Assembly (NCBI GenBank): GCA_963704165.1
Contig: CAVPHD010000007.1
Location: 32,001-96,000, forward strand
Direction of reading: 5' to 3'
DNA: 64,000 nucleotides
Source: an uncultured delta proteobacterium
GTDB lineage: Bacteria > Myxococcota_A > UBA9160 > SZUA-336
This document shows, one piece after another, positions 19,466 through 29,518 of this stretch. Position 1 is the first letter of the stretch, and every line of letters begins with the position of its first letter. The notes below the pieces were generated by a model. The model made no database searches. It worked only from the letters and a program-made list of their open reading frames with translations, and was not told where the DNA came from. Position numbers and translations under genes: made by a program.

Positions 19466-20185
19466 CTACCGGAACAGATCTCGTGCCGGATCTCGAAGCA
19501 GGTCGCGGAGCGTTCCCCGGCCCTCGATCGGAATACCCTCGACCCAGACGGCCGGATGGCCCTCGTCCTTCCCCATCAAGAGGCCGGCCGCGGCGGCGAT
19601 CTGGTCGGCGCGCGCCATCACGGTGACCTGGAGCTCGCGACCGGCGCGGTCGGTCTGGCCGATGTAGTCGCGAAGCGGCGCGAGCCCGGCGATGCCGATC
19701 GCCACGTCCACCAGACCCTCACGCCAGGGACGCCCGAAGGTATCGCTGATGATCACGGCGCGATCTGCGCCGAGCGCCTTGCGAATTCGCTCCGCGCTGG
19801 CATCGGGGTCGAGCGGGAGCAGGACGGCGAGGTCCTCGCCCGGCGAGTTCGAGAGGTCGACGCCGGAGTTCGCGCAGATCAGGCCGTGCCGGGTCTCGGT
19901 GATCAGCACGCCCGGAGCGGTTCGCACGACGCGTCTGGCTTCGCGCAGCACGAGCTCCGTGTGCTGCGGTTCCTTGCCGAGCTCGCGCGCGAGCTCGAGC
20001 GCACGGGGGGACGGCGTGATCTCGGACAGGCGCACGATCTGCCCCTCGGCCTTGGAAACGATTTTCTGGGCGACGACCAGGATGCCCGGTCCGGGCGGGA
20101 CGAGCGCCGCGAGGCGAGCGGGCAGGTCGTCGCCGATCGGGATCTCGGGCAGGCCCTCGAGCGCTCGCATTCGAATCGAGTTCAT
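19466..20185 (-). CDS. cofE: Coenzyme F420-0:L-glutamate ligase
   Basis: GLPEI..GDDL, QKIVSKAEG, ANSGVDLSN, SDTFGRPWREG. Confidence 0.93.
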   Translation of the reverse strand: MNSIRMRALEGLPEIPIGDDLPARLAALVPPGPGILVVAQKIVSKAEGQIVRLSEITPSPRALELARELGKEPQHTELVLREARRVVRTAPGVLITETRHGLICANSGVDLSNSPGEDLAVLLPLDPDASAERIRKALGADRAVIISDTFGRPWREGLVDVAIGIAGLAPLRDYIGQTDRAGRELQVTVMARADQIAAAAGLLMGKDEGHPAVWVEGIPIEGRGTLRDLLRDPARDLFR

Positions 20186-20820
20186 CGCAGGAGCTCCCGA
20201 AGTACCCCGGCGGTGCGGCAGGTCGCGGCGGAAGAAGCCAGGCGCTCGGCGTCCTCGGGCGTGTCGAGATCGGTCCGCAGGCTCTCGGGGATCGAGCCGA
20301 GCACGATCGGCCCGAGCCCGCGTTCGCGCGCCGCCGCCTCGTGCGCGGCGCAGCTTTCCGGGCCGAAGCGCGCGGGGATCACGAGGGGTGGCCGACGATA
20401 CAGAAGCGCCGTTCCACCATCCGCCGCGGGCACGATCACCACCGGAGCGCGTTCGCCCGCAGCGATCACCCCGTCCACGTCGCTTCCGCGCAGCAGCGGC
20501 AGGTCACCGAGCGAGACGAGCAGCGCGTCGTAGCCGGCGGCCTCGCACTCGGCCGCGGCCGCGTCGATCGCCTCGTTCAGTCCGGGATCGGGCACGCGCA
20601 GGAGGACCGACGCGCCGCCCGCGCGCGCGGCGTCCGCGACCGAAGCGTCGTCGGTCAGAACGAAGACGCGCTCGACGCGCTTCGACTCCGCGAGCGCGGC
20701 GAGCACGTCCGAGACGAGCGCACGCAGGATGCGCTCGACGGCCGCGTCGTCGAATCGGGCTCGCAGCCGGCGCTTCGCGCGGGAGAAGTCCTTCACGGGC
20801 ACGGCCGCCGCCACCCTCAC
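20182..20820 (-). CDS. cofC: 2-phospho-L-lactate/PEP guanylyltransferase
   Basis: VPVK...AKRRL, GLNEA, GDLP, DGGT, FGPES, DLDTPED. Confidence 0.9.
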   Translation of the reverse strand: MRVAAAVPVKDFSRAKRRLRARFDDAAVERILRALVSDVLAALAESKRVERVFVLTDDASVADAARAGGASVLLRVPDPGLNEAIDAAAAECEAAGYDALLVSLGDLPLLRGSDVDGVIAAGERAPVVIVPAADGGTALLYRRPPLVIPARFGPESCAAHEAAARERGLGPIVLGSIPESLRTDLDTPEDAERLASSAATCRTAGVLRELLR

Positions 20821-21758
20821 GCGCGCGCCCCCGCGAGCGCGAGGGCGACTCGCGCGAGGTTCGCTGCGATCTCCGGGGTCTTCATCAGCGACTCCTCGAC
20901 GCGCACCTCGAGCCCGAGCCGCTCGATCGCCGCGCGCTCTTTCTCGTCGCGAACGTCGATCACCATGCCGCGGCAGAACGACCGGTACAGACCGGCGACG
21001 CCCGCGGACGAGACCTCGGCGCCGACCGCGCGCAGCATCCGATCGGCGGGCCCCTTCACCGGCGCACCGCCGATCAGCGGCGAGATCGACACCGCATCGT
21101 GTCGCTTCTCGAGCAACGCGCGGACGCCCGGCACCGCGAGGATCGTGCCGATCGACACGACCGGATTCGACGGGCAGACGATCACGGTCTCGGCGCCCGC
21201 GAGAGCCGCGAGCACGCCCGGGCCGGGCACGGCGGCGGCCGCGGCCGAGAGATCGACCGACACGACGTCGTCGGGCGCGCGGTCCCGGACCATGTACTCC
21301 TCGAAGTCGCAGCGCGTGCCGTCCGTGCGGACGACACGCGTCGGGGCGTCGCTCTCGGTCATCGGCAAGAGCTCCGCGCGCACGCCGAAGGCCGTCGCGA
21401 TCTCGCGCGCGACTTCGGACAGCGTGGCGCCGCTGCGCAGGCGCTCGCTCCGGTGGATGTGCGTGGCCAGGTCGCGGTCGCCGAGCTTGAACCAGACGTC
21501 GTCGCGCAGTCTGCGCAGCGAGTCGAGACACGCGCTGGTGTCGTTCCGGAAGCCCCAGCCGGTCTCGGGATCGACCACGCCGGCCAGCGTGTAGGTGACG
21601 ATGTCGAGATCCGGGCAGACCCGCAGACCGAAGAAGTCGCGGTCGTCGCCGGTGTTGACGATCACGGTGAGATCCTCGGGCGGAAGCACGTGGACGAGTC
21701 CCGAGAGAAAGCGGGCGGCACCGACTCCCCCCGCGAGCGCGACGACCCGACGACTCAT
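20817..21758 (-). CDS. cofD: 2-phospho-L-lactate transferase
   Basis: LAGGVGAARF, NTGDD, CPDLD, LGDRDLATH, PSNPVVSI, KGPA. Confidence 0.95.
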   Translation of the reverse strand: MSRRVVALAGGVGAARFLSGLVHVLPPEDLTVIVNTGDDRDFFGLRVCPDLDIVTYTLAGVVDPETGWGFRNDTSACLDSLRRLRDDVWFKLGDRDLATHIHRSERLRSGATLSEVAREIATAFGVRAELLPMTESDAPTRVVRTDGTRCDFEEYMVRDRAPDDVVSVDLSAAAAAVPGPGVLAALAGAETVIVCPSNPVVSIGTILAVPGVRALLEKRHDAVSISPLIGGAPVKGPADRMLRAVGAEVSSAGVAGLYRSFCRGMVIDVRDEKERAAIERLGLEVRVEESLMKTPEIAANLARVALALAGARA

Positions 21759-21765
21759 GCGTGTC

Positions 21766-22314
21766 CTACGGCACGGTCTCGGCGCGAAGCGCCTCGAGCT
21801 CGGCCTGCAGGCGCGGGAGCCGCTCGGCGATCTCGCGCACGCCGGGGTCCGAAGCGAGCTCCGCGCTGTCCCAGCGCCGGACCGAGATCATCTGACGCAG
21901 GCTCTCGCGGTCCGTCGCGATCTGGGCCTCGAGCTCCGCGACCTCGGTGGCGCGAGGGTCGTCGGAAGGAATCGATCGAAGCGCCGGCGGTCCGGGAAGG
22001 ATCGGCGGCGGCGACGGCTCGGTCGGGGTCGTCCGGGCCGCGGGTGCGAGCGCGGGGGATGCGATGGTCGGTTCGCTCGGCTGCGGTGCGGTGGTTCCCT
22101 GCGTCGCCGGCCTCGCGCGCCGAGTCGGTCTCCGGGTCGGAGCCGCGATGATCTCGTTCGCGCTCTCGCGATGGCGCCGCGGAATCGTGTCCCGGTCCGT
22201 CGTGTAGTGCGTCACGCCGAGCTCATCGACCCAGCGGTACACCTCCGCGCTGCCGATTGCGGGTGCGAGGCCAAGGGCCAGCACGAGAAGCAGTCGGAGG
22301 GCGTGGCGGAGCAC
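21766..22314 (-). CDS. DUF4124-type exported protein
   Basis: Signal peptide then YRWVDELGVTHYT; Pro-rich linker; coiled coil. Confidence 0.8.
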   Translation of the reverse strand: MLRHALRLLLVLALGLAPAIGSAEVYRWVDELGVTHYTTDRDTIPRRHRESANEIIAAPTRRPTRRARPATQGTTAPQPSEPTIASPALAPAARTTPTEPSPPPILPGPPALRSIPSDDPRATEVAELEAQIATDRESLRQMISVRRWDSAELASDPGVREIAERLPRLQAELEALRAETVP

Positions 22315-22449
22315 GCGCGGATTCTACGGCTCGCCCCGGAGGCGATCAACCGACGGCGCGCGCGTGGAGAGGGCGCCACGAGCATCCAGGAAAGCGTTCA
22401 CATCACGTTGCAGCGTCGCGCGCAGACTGCGTTTTCCCTTCGCGATCGA

Positions 22450-22465
22450 CGGCACGCGCCTTGCT
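22450..22465 (+). promoter_or_regulatory. Sigma54 (-24/-12) promoter
   Basis: CGGCAC-GCGCC-TTGCT with exact GG-N10-GC spacing; ATG 22478 follows 13 nt after the -12 GC. Confidence 0.7.
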
Positions 22466-22477
22466 CAACCGGCGGCC

Positions 22478-23964
22478 ATGTCCGCGACCCTCGCCATCCT
22501 GCTGACGCTCGCCCTTCCCGATGCGCTGCTGCCGAGCTGGGACGGAGCCGCGCCGCCGGCTGCGCCGAGGAAGCTCGTCGCCCGTCCGGGCGCGCTTCTG
22601 CTCGGCACCGATTCGGGGCTCTACGCACGGCGCGAGGCCTCACGCACGTGGCGGCTCGTGCTCGCTCGCGAGGACGTGCGCGATCTCGTGCCGACGGACT
22701 CGGGAGCGATCGTCGCGAGCGGCGGAAGGCTCTACGAGTGGAGCGCCGAGCGCGACGACGCGCGCGAGCTCTCGCTCGGCGCCGGAGCCGACGCAAGCGG
22801 CGTCGCGATCGATGCCCACGGGACCGCCTGGATCGCGACCGCGGCCGGACTCTACCGGCGCGACGCGGGCGATCGGGAGTTCATCCGCGAGTCGGCCCTT
22901 CCAGCGGGAGAGGTGAGTGCCGTGACACGCGTCGGTGAATTCCTCTGGGTCGCGTCCGACGGTGCGCTCTGGTCCGGCTCGCGCACGCTGGGGTTCACGC
23001 AGCGGTTGAGCGGGCTCGAAGCCGGTTGGTGGGAGCTCTGCGGCGCGGTCGAGCGTCCGGATGCGACGCTGCTCTGTGTACCCGGAGGAATCTGGCGCGT
23101 CGACGCGAGCGGTGCGCGTCGGATCGAAATCGGCGCGGGCCGGCTCTTCGCGCTCGCGGGCGCGGAGGGGCTCGTGTTCGCGGCGGGTGAGGGGGGACTC
23201 TACGCGTTCGCCGAAGACGAGCCGATCTCGGGTGCGGGCCGGCAGCAGCTCTCGGTTCCCGCCTATGGCCTCGCGGTCGCGAACGGCGAGCTGCTCGTCG
23301 CGACCGACCGAGGGATCGCGACGTTCGCCCTCGCCTCGCGCATGGCCGCGAAGCCACCCGGCGCCGACGAACTTCTCGAAGCCGAGCCGGGGCAGGACCT
23401 GCGCATCGCTCCGAAGCGCGCGCACGCCTCGCAGATCCAGCAGCTCCAGCGCGCGGCGCTCGCGTACCTCGAGCTCTCGCCGTCGAGGCTCTCCGAGATC
23501 GAGGCGCGCGCGCGGCGAAGCGCGCTCCTGCCCGAGCTGCGCGCCTCGCTCTTCTACGACCGCGAGAGCTCGCGCGGGGTCGATCACGATCAGGTCTTCA
23601 CCTCGGGCGTTCACGCGCAGCTCTTCGACTCCGACAACGACCGCAGCCACGGCTACGACGTCGGTGTCTCTCTGGTCTGGGAGCTCTCGGAGCTCGCGTC
23701 GCCGGACCACGCGCTCGCGATCTCGCGCGAGCGCCGGAGCCTCGTGACGCTGCGCGATCAGGTGCTCGAGCGCGTGAACCACCTGTACTTCGCGCGGCTG
23801 CGCGTGCTCGCCGGCTCGATGCGCTCGACGCCGCCGACGAGACGAAGCGCGCGGAGCTCGAGCTCGATGCCGCGGAGATCGCCGCGCAGCTCGACGCCTG
23901 GAGCGGAGGCGTGTTCTCGCGCCTCGAAGCCAACTCACCCCTCGAAGCCAAGAGGAAACCCTGA
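22478..23964 (+). CDS. Exported beta-propeller-repeat protein with C-terminal TolC/OMF-like region (frameshift ~23812)
   Basis: Repeated GT/ATxxGLY blades; SALLPEL..., LRDQVLERVNHLYF; the repaired frame ends in TGATG overlap with the next gene. Confidence 0.65.
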
Positions 23965-24623
23965 TGACTCGAACTCCGATGACTCTGCTCGGAACGACCG
24001 CGCTCGCGCTCGGCTCACTTCTCGCCACACCGGCGGGTGCGGTACAGATCAGTGAGCTGCTCTACGACGCCGTCGGCAGCGACAACGGCACGATCTTCGT
24101 CGAGCTCTGGGGCGTGCCCGGCACGTCCCTGGACGGCTGGCGGATCGAGGGCGTGAACGGCGCGGACGGCGTGATCGGCCCGATCGTCACGCTCGCCGGC
24201 CAGATCGACACGGACGGCTTCTTCGTCGTGGCCGACTCCGACGCCGGTTCGACGCAGATCGCCAACGCCGACCTGCTCGCGAACTTCGACTTCCAGAACG
24301 GCCCCGATTCGATCGTGCTCCGCGATGCGATCGGCAACGTCCTCGATGCGCTCGGATACGGCAGCTTCGGTGTCGCGGACGTCTTTGCGGGCGAAGGCGG
24401 ACCGGTACCCGATGGCGCGCCCGGCCAGAGCCTCGCGCGCATCTTCGCCAACCGCGACACCGACGACAACGCCGCCGATTTCGTCTTGCTCGATCTTCCG
24501 ACGCCGGGCACGGGTCCGCTCGCGGTGCCCGAGCCGGTCGCCCTCGCTCCGCTCGCGCTCTTCGCGTGCACGTTCGCTCTCGCTCGCCTCGGGAGCCTCC
24601 GTACTCCCTCGGCGGTCAGGTAG
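23964..24623 (+). CDS. Lamin-tail-domain protein with PEP-CTERM-like sorting signal
   Basis: ISELLYD...FVELWG, FQNGPDSIVL, PTPG; VPEP + TM + Arg tail. Confidence 0.8.
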   Translation: MTRTPMTLLGTTALALGSLLATPAGAVQISELLYDAVGSDNGTIFVELWGVPGTSLDGWRIEGVNGADGVIGPIVTLAGQIDTDGFFVVADSDAGSTQIANADLLANFDFQNGPDSIVLRDAIGNVLDALGYGSFGVADVFAGEGGPVPDGAPGQSLARIFANRDTDDNAADFVLLDLPTPGTGPLAVPEPVALAPLALFACTFALARLGSLRTPSAVR

Positions 24624-24637
24624 GACCGCCCCTCCCC

Positions 24638-24679
24638 GGGGTGGTCCGGAGCTCTTCCGACTCCGGGCCACCCCACTTT
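24638..24679 (+). terminator. Probable terminator hairpin
   Basis: 14-bp stem GGGGTGGTCCGGAG / CTCCGGGCCACCCC followed by ACTTT. Confidence 0.5.
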
Positions 24680-24759
24680 GGGCGCACGCGATCGAAGCCG
24701 ATACGTTGCGTGCCCGAGGTGCGTCTCGCACAATCGGCCGCGGAGGGGTGAGAGAGGCG

Positions 24760-25140
24760 ATGGTCGGCGGCTTCAATACGAACATCCGCTACCGCGGGCA
24801 GATCTTCCACGTCCAGACCGAGGACGGCGGAAAGGAGAGCCCGAGCATCATCACGTTGCTGTACCGCGGCGGAGCGATTCTCTTCTCGAAGAAGACGAGC
24901 TACGCGGATCAGGTCGGCGTGGCCGATCAGGAATCCGTCGTGCGACAGCTGATGGAAGCGCAGCACAGCGCGATGGTGCAGGCGCTGAAGTCCGGCAAGG
25001 CCGACGACAAGATCGGGCTCGCTTCGGCGGACGCCCAGACGAATCCAGCGGTCGCGCCGCGTGCCGCGGAGTTCGGTGCGGGGCTGATCTCGCGCCGCAC
25101 GCTCGATGAAGTGATCCTCGCGCATCTCGCCGGGCGCTAG
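24760..25140 (+). CDS. Hypothetical protein upstream of ftsE
   Basis: MVGGFNTNIRYRGQIFHVQTED...; purine-rich RBS. Confidence 0.75.
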   Translation: MVGGFNTNIRYRGQIFHVQTEDGGKESPSIITLLYRGGAILFSKKTSYADQVGVADQESVVRQLMEAQHSAMVQALKSGKADDKIGLASADAQTNPAVAPRAAEFGAGLISRRTLDEVILAHLAGR

Positions 25141-25181
25141 ACCGAACCGGCGTCGCCTCCCCTCCAGGAGTCGAGGCGAGC

Positions 25182-25892
25182 ATGATCCAGATGTACCACG
25201 TCGATCTCCGCTACACGGGCGGGACGTATGGCTTGCGCGACATCTCGCTCACGCTCGAGCGCGGCGAGTTCGTGTTCCTCACCGGCTCCAGCGGCGCGGG
25301 CAAGACGTCGCTCCTGCGGCTGCTCTTCGGCGCGGAGCAGCCGAGCGCGGGGCAGATCCTCGTGTCGGGCCGCAACATCACGCGCATCCGGGCCGCGCAG
25401 GTGCCGGCGCTGCGCCGCCAGATCGGCGTGATCTTCCAGGACTTCAAGCTCCTGCCCGAGCGCACGGTCTTCGAGAACGTCGCCATCGCGCTCGAGATCG
25501 CGGGCACCGCCAAGCGCGACATCCGCACACGGGTCTGGAGCCTGCTGAAGCGCCTCGGTCTCGGTCACCGCATCGACCACCGCCCGCGAACGCTCTCGGG
25601 CGGGGAGCAGCAGCGTGTGGCGATCGCGCGCGCGCTCGTCAACGATCCACCGCTGCTTCTCGCGGACGAGCCGACCGGCAACCTCGACCCCGATCTCGCG
25701 CTCGACATCATGGACATCATCGCCGACGCCCACGCACGGGGTACGACGGTGCTCGTCGCGACGCACGATCCGACGCTGCTCGAGCGCTACCGCCACCGTC
25801 AGATCGTGCTCGACGCGGGGCGACTGGCCGGCGACCGCGCGGCGGAGACCTACGGACTCGGTGCCCGGACCATCGGAGCGACGCGCGCGTGA
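25182..25892 (+). CDS. ftsE: Cell division ATPase FtsE
   Basis: [32 protein letters not shown]. Confidence 0.93.
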   Translation: MIQMYHVDLRYTGGTYGLRDISLTLERGEFVFLTGSSGAGKTSLLRLLFGAEQPSAGQILVSGRNITRIRAAQVPALRRQIGVIFQDFKLLPERTVFENVAIALEIAGTAKRDIRTRVWSLLKRLGLGHRIDHRPRTLSGGEQQRVAIARALVNDPPLLLADEPTGNLDPDLALDIMDIIADAHARGTTVLVATHDPTLLERYRHRQIVLDAGRLAGDRAAETYGLGARTIGATRA

Positions 25893-26810
25893 TCGACGCC
25901 CGCTCGGTCCGCCGCCTCTCCGCGTCTCTGCGCTCGGGTCTGCGCGGCGCTCGCGAGCGGCCGTTGGTCTTCGGGCTCTCGGTCGCGACGATGGCCGCGG
26001 GGCTGCTGGTGCTCGGAACCTATCTCTTGATCGCGGCGAACCTGCGCGGCGTGCTCGAACGCGTCGGCGCGGACTTCCGACTGGTCGCCTTCACCTCCCT
26101 CACGGGTGCGTCCACGTCTGCCGAGATCGACGCGCTCGGCGCGCGCCTGCGAATCCCTTCCCGGTGTCGCCGCCTCGCACTACGTGACGCCCGACGAGGC
26201 GATGGCGCGGCTGCGCGGCGATCTCGGCGAGGACGCGAGCGTTCTCGACGGGATGGCGAAGAACCCGCTGCCCGGGTCGTTCGAGCTGGTGATCGCGGCC
26301 GATCGGCGCGATCCGGCGGAGCTTCGGGCGCTCGCCGCGACCGTCGAAGAGCTGCCCGGCGTCAGCGAGGTTCGGTTCGGCGAAGCCTGGGTCGAAGGTT
26401 ACGCGCGGATCGTCCGGATGATCGAGTGGCTCGGTCTCGGGCTCGGCGCGTTCCTCGTGGCGGTCCTCGGAGCGATCGTGGCGGGCACGGTGCGGCTCTC
26501 GGTGCACGCGCGCAGCGACGAGATCCAGATCCAGCGACTCGTAGGCGCGGGCGGGCTCTTCGTCCGGCTCCCGTTCTATCTGGAAGGGGCGCTTCAGGGA
26601 GGACTCGCCGCGCTGGCGGCGCTGCTGCTCCTCTGGGTGCTTCACGCGCTCGGCATGCCGCTGCTCGCGGATGCGCTCACCTGGCTCGTCGGCTCGCAGA
26701 CGCTGGTCTTCTTCGGTGCGCTCGAGGCGGCGGGTCTGGTCGCGTTGGGCGTCCTGCTCGGCCTCGGCGGTGCACTGATCTCGTTGTTCAACCTCGAGGA
26801 CCGCGCGTGA
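25889..26810 (+). CDS. ftsX: Cell division permease FtsX (frameshift ~26155)
   Basis: NPLP, EIQIQRLVGA..FVRLPFYLEG; lies between ftsE and envC. Confidence 0.9.
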
Positions 26811-27967
26811 CGGGGCTGGCGCGAGCTCTCGCGCTCGCGGCGGCGCTCGCGTCTCTGGCGGGCCCCGCCTTCGCTGCGGACCCGGGGCAGCGACTCGAGG
26901 GTCTGCGCAAGGAGATCGAGTCTCGCGAGGCGAAGGCCCGCGAGCTCGGCGCCGAGGCCGAGGGATTCCTCGGCGAGATCGAAGCCGTCGATCGAGAGCT
27001 CGTCGAGACGCGGCGCGGCGCCCGACTGCTGCGCGAACGCGAACGCGAGGCGACGCGCGAGCTCGAAGTCGCGCGCGCGGGTGCGAAGACGGCCGCGGGC
27101 GCGCTCGCGGCGACGGAGCGCGGCCTCGAGGAGAGGCTCGTCGCGCTCTACAAGTGGAATGCCACCGGCGGCATCGCGTCGATGTGGTCCGCGGGCGACT
27201 TCGCGAGCTTCGCGCGCCGACGCGAGGGGATGGCGCGGATCGTCGCGCAGGACCGCGCGCTCTTCGCCCGACACGCGCGCCAGCGCGCCGAGTTCGAGGC
27301 CCGGCAGAACGAGAGCAAGCTCTTGCTGCGCGAGGTCTCCGAAGCCCGACGCGAAGCGGTGTCGCGCGAGGAACGCGCGCGCCGGCGTCTGGTCGAGCGC
27401 CGGAACATGGTCGGCTTGCTGCGCACCCGAGCCGAGCGCGAGGAGAAGGCGGCGGCGGAGCTCCGCGACGCCGCAAGCCAGCTCGAGAGGGCGATCGAGC
27501 AGATGCCGAAGAGCGCGTCGGGTCCGCCCGCCGCGCGAAGCCCGGGTCTGGCCCCCGTTCCCGGGTCGGGTCTCCTCCGGGGGCAGACGGCCCGGCCCGT
27601 GGCCGGACGCACCCGCGCGGGATTTGGCCGGCAGACCGATCCGGAGTTCCAGACCAAGACGCTGCGGACCGGGATCGAGATCGCGGCCCCGGCCGGAGCG
27701 CCGGTCCTGGCGGTGGGTCCCGGCCGGGTGCTCTTCGCCGGCTGGTTCCGTGGCTACGGGCAGATGGTGATTCTGGACCACGGCTCCGGCGACCTGTCGG
27801 TTTCGGGCTACCTGGATGCGGTCCACGTGGCCGCCGGCGACAGTGTCGCGCTCGGTCAGCCGATCGGATCGGTGGGTGAGACTGGATCGGCGTCCGGACC
27901 CGGGCTTTACTTCGAGATTCGACACGACGGAAAGGCCGTCGATCCCGCGCTCTGGCTCGAGAAATGA
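26807..27967 (+). CDS. envC: Murein hydrolase activator EnvC (coiled coil + M23 domain)
   Basis: Signal peptide, long coiled coil, degenerate M23 (GIEI...GYGQMVILDHG...LYFEIR). Confidence 0.88.
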   Translation: MTGLARALALAAALASLAGPAFAADPGQRLEGLRKEIESREAKARELGAEAEGFLGEIEAVDRELVETRRGARLLREREREATRELEVARAGAKTAAGALAATERGLEERLVALYKWNATGGIASMWSAGDFASFARRREGMARIVAQDRALFARHARQRAEFEARQNESKLLLREVSEARREAVSREERARRRLVERRNMVGLLRTRAEREEKAAAELRDAASQLERAIEQMPKSASGPPAARSPGLAPVPGSGLLRGQTARPVAGRTRAGFGRQTDPEFQTKTLRTGIEIAAPAGAPVLAVGPGRVLFAGWFRGYGQMVILDHGSGDLSVSGYLDAVHVAAGDSVALGQPIGSVGETGSASGPGLYFEIRHDGKAVDPALWLEK

Positions 27968-27988
27968 GTTCCACCGAGAAAGGCATCC

Positions 27989-29443
27989 ATGAGCACGCAA
28001 CGAACTAGACTCGGCAAGATCCTCCGGTTTGCGCTCCCGGTCGCACTGCTCGCGGCACTGGTCGCAGGGGGTGCGAGTACGCTGCGGTCGAGTCCGACCG
28101 GTCCGAGCTACGAAGATCTCGCGCTACTCACGAACGTGTTGCACCTGGTTCAGCAGCACTACGTGAAGGACGTCAACGAGCACCAGCTCGTCGAGGGCGC
28201 GCTGAAGGGCATGCTCGACACACTCGATCCGCACACGTCGTATCTCTCGCGCGATCTCTACAAGGAGATGCAGCGCGATACCAAGGGCGAGTTCGAAGGC
28301 CTCGGCATCGAGATCACCAAGGGCGATGGCGAGAAGGGCGACGGGTTCGTGACCGTCGTCGCGCCGATCGACGGAACGCCCGCGGCGCTCGCGGGTCTCC
28401 AGGCCAAGGACCAGATCGTCGCCGTCTGTCCGGACGCGACCGAGAAATCCTGCAAGGGCACGCAGGACATGAACCTGCTCGAGGCCGTGAAGCTCATGCG
28501 CGGTCCCCGCGGCACGAAGATCATGATCCAGATCCTGCGCGCAGGCTGGACGCAGCCCAAGCCGTTCATCATCAAGCGCGCGTCGATCCGCGTTTCGAGC
28601 GTTCAGCTGCACATGCTCGAGAAGGACCTCCCGTACGTTCGCATCTCGCAGTTCCAGGAGCGCACGTCGGAAGATCTGCAGGACGCGCTCAAGCAGGCGC
28701 ACCTGAAGGCGGGCGGTCCGTTCCGCGGTCTCGTGCTCGACCTTCGCGACAACCCGGGCGGCCTGCTCGACCAGGCCGTGAAGGTCGGCGACATCTGGCT
28801 CGACAGCGGATTGATCGTCTTCTCCGAGGGGAGAAGCGGCGGCAACCGCATGGAGTGGCACGCGAAACGCGAGGGCACCGAGGTCGAGTATCCGATGATC
28901 GTGCTCGTCAACGGTGGGAGTGCCTCGGCGTCGGAGATCGTCTCGGGCGCGCTCCAGGACCACAAGCGCGCGCTGCTGCTCGGCTCGCAGACCTTCGGCA
29001 AGGGATCGGTGCAGACCATCATTCCGCTCGAGGACGGCTCGGGACTTCGTCTCACGACCGCTCTCTACTACCTGCCGAGCGGCCGCTCGATTCAGGAGGT
29101 GCGCGTGCAGCCCGACGTCGCCATCGAGCCGTTCACCGAAGGTGAGCTCGCGGCCGCGAAGGAGACGACGACCGGCCAGCGCCGCCGCGCGGCCGGTGAA
29201 GTGGACCTCGAGGGCCATTTCGAGAACAAGCCCGGCGCCGATTCCAAGGCGAAGCCAACTGAACCCGCGCCGGCACCCGAGGCGAGTGGCGACGCCGAGT
29301 CCGAACCCGCCAACACGGAAGAGGCGAGAGAGGCGCGCTTCCGGAAGCAGCTCGGTGTCGATCGTCAGCTCACCCGAGCCGTCGAGCTGCTCAAGAGCTG
29401 GACGATCTTCTCGAAGCTGTCGTCCGAGGGCGGCGGGTCCTAG
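27989..29443 (+). CDS. ctpA: Carboxy-terminal processing protease (S41)
   Basis: LDPHT, PDZ domain, DLRDNPGG, SASASEI, FGKGSVQ. Confidence 0.93.
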   Translation: MSTQRTRLGKILRFALPVALLAALVAGGASTLRSSPTGPSYEDLALLTNVLHLVQQHYVKDVNEHQLVEGALKGMLDTLDPHTSYLSRDLYKEMQRDTKGEFEGLGIEITKGDGEKGDGFVTVVAPIDGTPAALAGLQAKDQIVAVCPDATEKSCKGTQDMNLLEAVKLMRGPRGTKIMIQILRAGWTQPKPFIIKRASIRVSSVQLHMLEKDLPYVRISQFQERTSEDLQDALKQAHLKAGGPFRGLVLDLRDNPGGLLDQAVKVGDIWLDSGLIVFSEGRSGGNRMEWHAKREGTEVEYPMIVLVNGGSASASEIVSGALQDHKRALLLGSQTFGKGSVQTIIPLEDGSGLRLTTALYYLPSGRSIQEVRVQPDVAIEPFTEGELAAAKETTTGQRRRAAGEVDLEGHFENKPGADSKAKPTEPAPAPEASGDAESEPANTEEAREARFRKQLGVDRQLTRAVELLKSWTIFSKLSSEGGGS

Positions 29444-29518
29444 CGGGGCGGGTGCGGCCGCCGAGGCCGCGATTCGAGCCGACGCGATTGCTCCGTCGCG
29501 TTTCGGTACCGTGCCCTC

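Noticed and set aside
25889..27967. Apparent FtsX-EnvC fusion; similar apparent MetG-TatD (55128-57152) and sigma-cytochrome (62597-63550) fusions
   Set aside because: Artefacts of frameshift errors that run one gene's frame into the next.
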